From Salisapilia sapeloensis CBS 127946 (taxonomy: Eukaryota > Protista > Oomycota), in contig JAADVB010000059.1 in NCBI GenBank assembly GCA_023334545.1, positions 1 through 64,000 of the forward strand: a stretch of 64,000 bases of DNA, in the 5' to 3' direction. The notes under the pieces were generated by a model. It searched no databases and was not told the DNA's origin. It saw nothing but the letters and a program-made list of their open reading frames with translations. This document shows, in pieces, positions 55,250 to 64,000 of the stretch; positions within the stretch are counted from its first letter, which is position 1; every line of letters begins with the position of its first letter. The position numbers were made by a program, and so were the translations under genes.

Positions 55250-57183
55250 ATGGGACGAACGTGGAGGTTGGCGTTCTTCGCTAGCATGCTGCTTTTTGCT
55301 GCCATTAGAAATGCGAGTGGACAGTCAGGTAGGCGCATGTATCTTTATTGGGCGTTTTGGCATGGATGTGAACTCACCGAGTACATGATGCAGACTGCTT
55401 CGACCTACCCGTCTTGGTGTTCTCGAATTTGCCAGCGGAAAGCTCCGAGACAGCTTCTATCCAAGTGATGTATCAAAACAGTAGCGAACGGAATTGTTTT
55501 ACCAGTAGCTTGTACATGACCGGACCCTTGGCTACGATCTCTAAAAGTAAAGTCGAGTCCGAGGAACTGCTATTGCGTTTTAATTCCACTACTGCCCTCT
55601 TGGATCTACCACCAAGCACTTCGTTCGTTCTGGAGAACCTTGGCAACGTGGACGATAGTTTAATTCGAGAGTCATTCAGCCAACAACTTTTCCGTAAGGC
55701 TGGACACTTTGCTCCACAGAACCAGCATGTGCTGGTATTCACCTCCGACGGCAATGATCACCCGCAATACCACGGACTATTTCTAATCTCCCAGGGAATC
55801 TCCTTTGCGTCTGAAAACGCGTTGAACCTCGACGTCCTGGATAATACTTGTCAAGACGACGAATTGAGTGGCGGATGGGCTTGGCGATTTCCGTCATCTC
55901 CTTCCGATATTGGATATTCTGCCAACGTACTTCAGGACAAATATGAAGCCATGTTCGGTGGCAAGTCTCGCCCGATCATGCTGCACCCACCGCCTTCGAT
56001 GTTGACCCAGACGATGCGAAACTACTTTGTCGATGCACGCACAGGACCATTGCCTCAGCTCTATCGGTTCCTGTACGACAACATGACAAGTCCAGATGAT
56101 ATTGACCGTCACCTCGATCTGCTTTCCTTTGCAGACTTTTTCCTCCTCTCTGAGCTTGCCAATAATCCATCTTCATATCAATCAGGTAGCTACTTTTATA
56201 AAAATCGAGGAACACCGATTCAAATCGGATCGCACCATCATTGGGGACGCTTTTATCCAAAGCAGAACGTCAAAGACCAAAGTTGGCAATACCAGCAATC
56301 GATCTTTTGGAAACGATTGACTTGTAACTACCGATTCGCCGCCTTTGTGCAGCAACGGTGGGCTGAGTTGAGGCAGGACAAGTGGAGTGATCAAGAATTA
56401 AGTCAGGACATTACTCGCATGACTCGAGTACTTCGTCAAGGCTTAAACCATACTGGTATTCATTCAAATGATTCGAATATCGAGGCAGAAATCTTGCTTC
56501 ACAGATCCAATTTGGACGAGGGTATCGATGAACTTCTACAAGCAGTAGCTAGTAGAGTAGCGTGGATCGACAGTCATATTGCTAAACTCTTTCGGTCACT
56601 CAACAGCGACACGTGTGGTTCAGCTGGAGCACTACCGCGCTTCAACTGTGCGCACAAAAGCGATGATGATGGATGTCTGTATAATCCAAAAGCATATGCC
56701 TTGTCAGTGCGACCTGCTACCTTGCATACTGCTTCATTCCAGTCAACATGCTCTAGCCATGCTGAAAAGGGTGCGCTAGAAGCTGCTTCGATCGACTCGT
56801 GCTGGATGCCAATCGCTGATTATCTCCAGAACAGCGCATTGACTCCATTCTGTTCCGGCCATGGATCTTGTCCACCAGGTCCGAATGCCATCTGCGTCTG
56901 CTCCAATAAAAGCTCACTAGCCGACTGTAGTGCAGTAGACAGCTATGATGATGCGAATGAAACTCATCCAACTGCTGAGCACGAGTCCATGCAACCAGTG
57001 AAGGAAGACATGGCACCAGACTGGTCGTTTTTCCTCATCATAGCAGGAGCATTTGGCGTGTCTGTACTCATTTCCCAGCAACGTCGACAACGTATCGAGG
57101 AACGGAATCGCGTGGAAATGGATCGACAAAATCGCAGACGTGATCGACGTCGAGCACGGGCTGCTCAATACGGGACCATGTAG
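55250..57183 (+). CDS. CotH-like (probably pseudo-kinase) surface protein with signal peptide, EGF-like module and C-terminal TM helix (intron about 55329-55393)
   Basis: Signal peptide MGRTWRLAFFASMLLFAAIRNASG. CotH-like LPVLVF, DDSLIRESFSQQLFRKAGHFAP, YHGLFL, LDLLSFADFFLLSELANN, YFYK, FWKRL...VQQRWAELR. EGF-like CSGHGSC...CVC..KSSLADC. TM WSFFLIIAGAFGVSVLI. Confidence 0.78.
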
Positions 57184-57255
57184 CTTCCTTCTTGTATACA
57201 ACGAAATCCAATGCACAAACTTTTTTACATGATACTATTGTTCATGCGTTTTTAT

Positions 57256-58598
57256 CTACACGAGTACGACTTCCATCTTCCGTTCACTCTCGGTTTCATC
57301 CAGCGAGCCACTACTCCTCCGTCGCATCGGGTGTCTATCAAAAGGATCTTCTTCCGACTCGAAAATCGTGTCTTCATCTTCACTATGCTTGGCAACAGGA
57401 GCATACTTTACATCCTTTTGGATCGTATCCAGGTCACCCTCACCAACCTTGTCATCCCCACTGTGATAGTTTTTAATGACAGAGTACGTGATCATCCCCG
57501 TGGTTGCGACGATGAGTCCAGCAATATTAATCGGGAGCAAGATATCGTTAAAGACGAGGACGGCCAAGAGTACTTGAGTGACATCTTTGAAACTACCAGC
57601 GATACCGAGCGATAGAGCAGACGTCTTTTTGACAAGTGCAATCTCCACGAAGATCAGACCAAAGGCGAGTGTACCACTGAATACAATGGAAGCGATACAC
57701 ACGGCGAATAATTCTCCATCATGGAGAAATTTGGATCCGATCAGACTAGGGCCGTCTAGAACAGCAGCTATTGGCACGAGGCCTAGTGCACTCGCTGGAG
57801 CAATGTAATAGACGACCGCAAGGATCCGGTAGGAAGTCGATAAGGAGTCATTCTTGGGCAGTTGTTGGAGTAGAGATTGAGTGAGTACCCACCGCAAGGA
57901 GCCTAGCATCGCTGCAATCAGTACCATCGAAAACCCTTTTAAACTAAACTGTGTCGATCCGTAGCTAGTTAATGCGATTCCAACGGAAATCAATACGACA
58001 ACCGACGTGAGTCTCCAGGATGGATCTTGATGGCCAAGTGTAAAGGAGAAAAGCAAGTTCCTATTCGATCTTTAATATGAGTTCATGATATGTTTATGGA
58101 GAGTATGTACCAGACATTGGTGCTGGATTTCGTGATGGTGTAGAGAGTCACCGTGATGAATAGAAACGAGAGGTTTGAAAGCATGATATCAAGAGCAGTG
58201 CTCAGTCCAATTGGTACAGCTAATCTCCAGTAAGTCTTTGTCGGAAGAGGATCGATCGGTGATGACCACCATGCTAGTCGAGATAAGATCCATTTGAGCA
58301 TCATGTGCAAGCAAGTGACTGTCGTGGCATATGGAAACCCTCCACCGGCCCACACACCAAAGAACCATTTGTTAAACAGTGTCATACTGATACTGATGCT
58401 GTACCAAAGCACGATCAGGTGTGCGACATCAAGGGCTAGCTGCAGCTTCGCGTGGCTCTGTTTATCCACGACTCGTGATGCAACTTTCAGTGCAAACGAT
58501 AGTGTCAAGAAGGAGCAGCCCATGATGACGAGCGCTTCTGTTTTGTCCGTAGGTGCATGGAGCTCATCCTCGGCGCTCGATGCGTCGAGCATGCCCAT
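57256..58598 (-). CDS. Triose-phosphate/nucleotide-sugar transporter family (SLC35C2-like), 2 exons
   Basis: WYSISISMTLFNKW, FPYATTVTCLH, LDIMLSNLSFLFITVTLYTITKSS, GSLRWVLTQ, KKTSALSLGIAGSFKD; multiple TM helices. Confidence 0.9.
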
Positions 58599-59199
58599 AT
58601 CACTCGGGCGTTCAATAGTTGCAGTTGTGTTTTAGCAACAGATTCGTTGCAATCTAGGAATTCATCGCCTGTCCATCCTGAAAGGTCGTTAGCTCGTGAC
58701 GCTGATTGCGTGGTACGGAGTTCATGAGCGAGGACTAGGAGTATCCGATCTGGAATGCATAGTCTCTACTTGAACTTGACGCAGCTGATGATCATAAGCT
58801 CAAGATACATTCGCGTGCCTTTACGTACGTATCCATTCTCGAACTTGTTCGTCCTCTACCTTCAACATGAAAGGGTCTGCTCAGCAGAAGGCGGACTCAC
58901 GTACCTCTGGAAAATGCATGTCGACGGATTATTTCTGGCGATACGTGCGCGAATGTGTGTCGTATTCGCTCGCAGTGTTCCAAGAATAAATAACTGATAA
59001 AATCAAGTGGCCAGTGCCTTAAATTCTTGTGCGAGTTGAAAGTTGTCGCAACGTCTTGCCTCTGGTCGTAGCCATTTTCGCTTTCTGGGTTCTTTACGTC
59101 AGCCTCCAGTACCAACTCGGATCGTTTCGTTGTTGGGTTAGCACCTCTGGATTTCCTTTACTACCATAATCAAATTTGCCGATAAGAGCTTGCACGAAA

Positions 59200-60129
59200 A
59201 TGCCTGCAGCCTACCCAACACCAGCAGGATCACGACGATATGGCCGTATACCTGCTCGAAACGACATTATCCATCGAACCAAATGCGTACCCGTCGGCGA
59301 TATGCTAAAAACGTCTTCTGATAATCTACTCCCACTCGAGCTTCGTATCCTTTCACCGACAATGATAAATGGTCGAGCAGTCTACACATGCCAAGTCACA
59401 AGTCGACAGACCGGGCAAGAGTTTCAAGTACATCACCACTACTCCGATTTTCGAAATTTTGCGCTCCAAATCCAAGAAGACTGGACTTGCCATGAATTCA
59501 TGAGATGCAATGGAGCTTGTGAAGCGATCCAAGACTTTCTCCGACTCGAGTTTCCATCCCGACTATGGGTTCTTTCCAATACACGTGGGATGCTCCGAAG
59601 ACGCCGTCAGTCATTAGAGCAAGTTTTTACAAATTTACTTCGCATCGTCCTGCGATTTGGAAACACAATGATGTGTCTTCATGCTCGTCAACACCTGCCG
59701 ACCAACCTCTTTGATTTCCTGGGCGTCACAGAAAGCCAATGCCAGCGATCACTAGTAGAGACTTACATCGATGGCATTCAACCAAAGATTAGAGCAAGCT
59801 CTATTTCAAATGCATCCACCGTATCTGCCACGATCGACTTACCAACCTCGAACCAAACGAATATGGACTGCCACAACGACACTTGTGTCGTCTGCTACGA
59901 CAATCTAGAAGACGAAAACGACGTCGTCACGACCTTGAAGTGCGGTCATGCTTTCCATCGTAGCTGTGTTTTCGAATGGCTTAAGCTCAATCTCCACTGT
60001 CCAATCTGCCGAGTCCCTGTTGTGCATTCTCTCGTCGCCGTATGCTGCCGTCCTCGAGGCCGGATTATCTGGTGGCTGGATGACTATGAAAAGAGCTTGC
60101 TAGACTTTGAATTAAAACAAGTAAACTAG
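59200..60129 (+). CDS. PX-domain plus RING-H2 E3 ligase-like protein
   Basis: PX-like YTCQV...HHHYSDFRNF...FPSR...RRRQSLEQVF. RING-H2 CVVC...LKCGHAFHRSCVFEWL....CPICR. Confidence 0.85.
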   Translation: MPAAYPTPAGSRRYGRIPARNDIIHRTKCVPVGDMLKTSSDNLLPLELRILSPTMINGRAVYTCQVTSRQTGQEFQVHHHYSDFRNFALQIQEDWTCHEFMRCNGACEAIQDFLRLEFPSRLWVLSNTRGMLRRRRQSLEQVFTNLLRIVLRFGNTMMCLHARQHLPTNLFDFLGVTESQCQRSLVETYIDGIQPKIRASSISNASTVSATIDLPTSNQTNMDCHNDTCVVCYDNLEDENDVVTTLKCGHAFHRSCVFEWLKLNLHCPICRVPVVHSLVAVCCRPRGRIIWWLDDYEKSLLDFELKQVN

Positions 60130-60160
60130 TTCATTATTCGCAACGAGTACTTGCATTGGA

Positions 60161-61467
60161 CTAATTCGTTTCGTCCTTATGATTCTTCAAAATGACTTCA
60201 ATTTTATCTGCGAGCTCCACTGCTGACGGTCGCTGCGCCGGATTATGCTGCCACGCATCTCTCACGACATCCTGCATCTCCTTTGGAAAGCTTTCCATCT
60301 CATCCACAGGAGGTCGCATTCCCTTTTGCACAGCTTCATACACGTCAGTTCGTGCCATGTCTTCAAACGGTTTATTACGCGATCCGATGGACCAGATCAC
60401 GACGGCGACACTGTATACATCGAGTTTCTCATCCAGAGGCTGGAATGCAAACTCTTCTGGAGACCTCCACTTGCCTTTTGCCACCGGTGTGATCGGATGA
60501 CACTTTGGGCCAGTGTACAACCCGTCTGGACTACGTCGAGGACCCGCATATTTGAGTCTGTTAAAGTCGTTTAGCAGCAAACGCCCGTTGGCATCCACGA
60601 GAAACTGTCTTGGCTGGAGATCTGTGTGGGTGAACGGACCTCCTTTGGCTGCATGTAGCTGTGCAACACCCTTTGCAGCGTCCAAGGCAAGTTCCAAGGA
60701 TCTTCGAGGTGAAATTTCTACCTGGCTTTCAAATAAGAGGTCGTCTAAATTAGTCGGAACGTAGTCGACGACGACTGTGGTATTGCACCACCCAACGAGT
60801 GACACGATGTTTGGTGCGTCTCGAATGCTAAAGGTGGCTGCAGCCTCTTGAACGTGTCTTGGAAGGATGTCCGTACGATTAAGCAAGTGGTCCTTGACTT
60901 TCTTAATAGCAATCTCTCTCCCTATTTTAATATACTTGAGTACCACTTCGTACATAATTTGGATAGAGGATCGTACCTTGCCACTTCGAGTGATAAACTT
61001 CTCGCCAAAAGCCTTCTCCAAGATATTCGCCTAAAGCGAGTTCATCGATGTTATCACAATTGATATCCAACTCTTCTGGCTTGAACATGCTAACGACATT
61101 CGCAAAATCGCATCCTTTCTATCCTCCACTACGTTATGCTGCATTGAGTAATCATAAAAGCAGTAAATCGTACCTGTTTCTTATACGTCTCCGGTTTTAA
61201 GAACCACGGAAGCTCGCTAGTTTTCTTCATAACCTTCTCGGGCTTCTTTCGTAGTTTGGGTGATTCCTGAGGCTGGATGAAAGCTGGGTTCGATGCAGTG
61301 GCATGCCCATCACCGGACTTGAGCAGCGATAGAAGACCTTCATCCCGGTGTTGCACGATCACCGTGAGCATAGACAGGTTCCAACCCAGTAGCAGCAAGA
61401 TTGCAGCTGCAGCGCATTTCCCAAGTACGTTCAGTCGAGTATCGTACTCCCGTCCTCGCCGCGACAT
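60161..61467 (-). CDS. Type II membrane protein kinase resembling the VLK/PKDCC-POMK secretory-pathway kinases (3 exons)
   Basis: N-terminal TM CAAAAILLLLGWNLSMLTVIV. Spliced exon 2 gives INCDNIDELALGEYLGEGFWREVY, then AIKK, NIVSLVGWC, HTDLQPRQFL, LNDFNR, WRSPEE, DVYS. Confidence 0.8.
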
Positions 61468-61589
61468 CCTGCTCCTTCGACCTCCACGTGATATGGCTTC
61501 ACAATCCCTTATCCAATCGCCGGGAATTAAAAGTCGATTTTCTACCAATCCTCATCCGGAAGAGCAAGAAAAGCGAAAGATTGATCGTC

Positions 61590-63713
61590 ATGCTATCACT
61601 GCCGCCTTACGACTTACGCATTCGCCATCATTCGAACCAAGCGACGCCTTCTTTATCTCAACTTGTTGCTGAAAGAGAGTATCGAGGAAATGGCGAGCAA
61701 ATAGGTCGACGTATGCACGGTCACGGTGCAATGATTCGTCGCCTGCGATGCGAAGCGGTCTTGGACGGCCATGCTGGATGTGTCAACCATCTTTGTTGGA
61801 ATCAAAACGGTACGCTCTTAGCGTCAGGCTCTGACGACCAAAAGCTAGTTGTCTGGGACTACGCCACCTGTAAACAACGTGATACGATCAACACAGGTCA
61901 TCATCTCAACATCTTCGCGACGTGCTTTGTGCCTGGATCAGACGACCATGTCATTGCGTCGGGTGCAATGGACAACGAAGTTCGCATCCACTACGCTCCT
62001 TTCCGAGACGACAGTACGCGAGTGTTCAACGCACATTATGGTCGCGTGAAAGACATCGGGAGTCATCCAGCTCTTCCAAACATCTTTTACAGCGTCGGTG
62101 AAGACGCGCAAGTGTGTCAATTCGACCTCCGATCACTACCGACTGGACGTAATGCTACAGATAGTTCTGGTATGGTGATCAATTTAGGCAAAAGCAGACA
62201 AGGTCGAAGTGTGCGTGGAATGGCCATGGACATGCATCCACTCGATCCGACAAAGATAGCCGTTGCGTGTGGAGACTTTTACACACGCTTGTACGACCGC
62301 CGGATGCTTCGTATCTCCAATTATACATCCGATATGAGTCGATTACGAAGATCGAGTGCTTCTCAAGAAGAGCTGAGTGAAGCAACACAACCTGTAGAGG
62401 TGTTTGCTCCTCCTCATCTACATTACGACATGTATAATGACGAGACCATCAAACGTGATCATGACCGATGTCATGGCACAAGTATCTCGTTTAATAAAGA
62501 CGGGACGGAACTGCTCGCAAACTACCATAGTGACCACATCTACTTGTATCGCGTGAATGGCGGTCCAAAGCTCGAAGACCAAGACTTTACGACGAACCAT
62601 CGAGGGTTGGTTCCATTCTGGAAGTATGGCAAACGCATGGATGAGAACAGTCTGTACGCACATCTATCCTCGCAAGAGGTACAGACTTGCTATCAACGTG
62701 GGATGGAAGCTTTTGAAAGTACCCGCATCTCCGATGCGATTGCTTATTTCAATAAAGCATGCAGTGCTAAAGTCTTTGGCGATATGGACGTGTCTTTCCA
62801 ACGAGATGTCTATCATCAATGTGCCAAAGCTTACTTACAACGCGCTTGGAATGCAGATGTATACCTCGCTTGTGTCTATTGCAAACGTGCTTTGGTCATT
62901 AGTAGATACGACCGACTCGTGTATTTGACGTACATCGAGGCGTTGAATAAAGATAAACGCACGACGCAGAGCATTCGTTGTGCTAGGGCTTATGCCGAAG
63001 GGTTTCCAGAACATGCAGACGATGTAGAAGAGTACATTCAATCGAGTGATCCGGAGCCACGACAGCAGACGGCAGAGGATGAGGAGGACAATGACGATGA
63101 CGATGACGATGAGCAAGAGGAAGAGGAAGAGGAAGAGGAAGAGGAAGAGGAAGAAGAGAATATTCATGATGAAGACTCGTCCGATGGAGAGTATGAGATG
63201 GCGGAAGATGTGGTCTTGCCGGAGAGAGACGATGGATTCTACGATGGACATCAAATGGGAGAAGACTTGTTACCGAATACGAACGTCTTGAAGCGGTATA
63301 TGGGCTATTGCAACGTCCAGACAGATATCAAGGAAGCAAACTTCTTTGGTCGAAACGACGAGTTTATCGTCGCTGGAAGTGATGACGGACGTGCGATCAT
63401 CTGGGATAAGAAGACTGGACAAGTGATCTCGGCGTTGCATGCAGACGAAGATATCGTGAATTGTGTCCGGCCTCATCCAACTGATGCGTGTTTGGCGACG
63501 AGTGGTATTGAAAACGTTGTACGACTATGGAAACCGACAGCTGGTGAGGATATGACTCCAAGTAGAGACGAACTGGACGAGATGGTGGAGCGGAATCAAT
63601 CACAGATGGGTGATGAGCTCGGAGGCTACTTCGGTAGCATCAATCCGAATCTCGTGCGTCTTATATTTGAAGGCGGAGAAGGTGAAGAGCGAGTACAATG
63701 TCCGACGCAATGA
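61590..63713 (+). CDS. WD40/TPR DCAF-type CUL4-DDB1 substrate receptor (WDTC1/DCAF6/DCAF8-like)
   Basis: RRLRCEAVLDGHAGCVNHLCWNQNGTLLASGSDD, FDLR and YDRR (DxR), a central TPR-like helical segment, and a C-terminal YMGYCNVQTDIKEANFFG...VAGSDDG...ADEDIVNCVRPHP. Confidence 0.88.
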   Translation: MLSLPPYDLRIRHHSNQATPSLSQLVAEREYRGNGEQIGRRMHGHGAMIRRLRCEAVLDGHAGCVNHLCWNQNGTLLASGSDDQKLVVWDYATCKQRDTINTGHHLNIFATCFVPGSDDHVIASGAMDNEVRIHYAPFRDDSTRVFNAHYGRVKDIGSHPALPNIFYSVGEDAQVCQFDLRSLPTGRNATDSSGMVINLGKSRQGRSVRGMAMDMHPLDPTKIAVACGDFYTRLYDRRMLRISNYTSDMSRLRRSSASQEELSEATQPVEVFAPPHLHYDMYNDETIKRDHDRCHGTSISFNKDGTELLANYHSDHIYLYRVNGGPKLEDQDFTTNHRGLVPFWKYGKRMDENSLYAHLSSQEVQTCYQRGMEAFESTRISDAIAYFNKACSAKVFGDMDVSFQRDVYHQCAKAYLQRAWNADVYLACVYCKRALVISRYDRLVYLTYIEALNKDKRTTQSIRCARAYAEGFPEHADDVEEYIQSSDPEPRQQTAEDEEDNDDDDDDEQEEEEEEEEEEEEEENIHDEDSSDGEYEMAEDVVLPERDDGFYDGHQMGEDLLPNTNVLKRYMGYCNVQTDIKEANFFGRNDEFIVAGSDDGRAIIWDKKTGQVISALHADEDIVNCVRPHPTDACLATSGIENVVRLWKPTAGEDMTPSRDELDEMVERNQSQMGDELGGYFGSINPNLVRLIFEGGEGEERVQCPTQ
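63085..63160 (+). repeat. GAT/GAC and GAGGAA short tandem repeats encoding a poly-Asp/poly-Glu tract
   Basis: gatgacgatgacgatgag followed by (gaggaa)n; translates as DDDDDDEQEEEEEEEEEEEEE. Confidence 0.85.
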
Positions 63714-63860
63714 AATGTTTTTATATGAAACTAAGTATACTTCTTCAACATAACTTCAGCATACTATTATGTACATAAAACCTACTAATTAGCGCAAAAC
63801 GCTATTAATTCATACTAAATTTGAATGGCTGCGCGTCGAGGCCGCTCGCGCCATTCGAGT

Positions 63861-63874
63861 TCATTTTCGAATTG
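63861..63874 (+). promoter_or_regulatory. Inr/FPR-like core promoter, possibly of the next gene beyond the window
   Basis: TCATTTTCGAATTG follows a GC-rich CGCG patch and a TTTGAA hexamer in otherwise AT-rich DNA. Confidence 0.35.
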
Positions 63875-64000
63875 ACCAGCAAGGTAGCTAGTGCCTCACT
63901 TGTATGCGATGAAGACATCTATTAGAAATATTGTCAGATTAGAGTTGCTGAACAGGGGTAGTAGCCTGGTTGTCGAAAACTCTAATTCGGAGCATACTAT

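Noticed and set aside
58620-59175. 580-nt gap between the SLC35 gene and PX-RING with exon-like pieces (e.g. ORF 58897-59115)
   Set aside because: I could not build a consistent spliced frame or recognise a product on either strand. It is probably a divergent promoter region; RNA-seq would settle it.
1-64000. Prokaryotic defence island, operon or CRISPR interpretation of the window
   Set aside because: Spliceosomal introns and eukaryote-specific genes occur throughout. I saw no regularly spaced direct repeats, cas genes or Shine-Dalgarno-linked operons.
1-64000. Transposable elements, rRNA, tRNA or snRNA genes
   Set aside because: I found no transposase, RT or integrase motifs, no terminal inverted repeats or LTRs, and no recognisable tRNA, U-snRNA or rRNA sequence by eye. 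A covariance-model scan was not run.

Overview
This is a very gene-dense eukaryotic window with short (about 42-75 nt) GT-AG introns and tiny intergenic gaps. It is most likely an oomycete or related stramenopile. That is an inference from the CxxxxC-x10-C-x2-HGGG zinc-finger repeat protein, the membrane-anchored GH5, the EGF-bearing CotH-like protein and Inr/FPR-like core promoters. About 30 protein-coding genes can be supported; many had to be rebuilt by hand across introns because the ORF track splits or misses them. Confident housekeeping calls: GH3 beta-xylosidase-like, TKL kinase, FANCL, FAM136A, DHHC palmitoyltransferase, TOP2, GH5, COA5, STIMATE/TMEM110, YCII, RRP43, S10 carboxypeptidase, FIGNL1, ModF-like ABC ATPase, betaine aldehyde dehydrogenase, SLC35/TPT transporter, PX-RING and a WDTC1-like DCAF. 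I saw no rRNA, tRNA, CRISPR array or transposon. The best candidate for an undescribed system is an intronless 1837-aa protein fusing an apparently intact Asteroid/FAM120/XPG-type PIN nuclease to a TDRD9/Spindle-E-like DEVH RNA helicase. Other unusual items: a bacterial-type Asp/Glu racemase directly downstream of it; a giant secreted GH43_24-like protein whose propeller is split by an EF-hand array; a catalytically degenerate CotH-EGF-TM protein; a VLK/POMK-like Golgi kinase; SUMO-like+BTB and FAMeT+NCBP3 fusions; and CDE/CHR- and E2F-like elements at cell-cycle genes. All family assignments come from motif recognition by eye; no database search was run. Start codons and exon boundaries are manual estimates.
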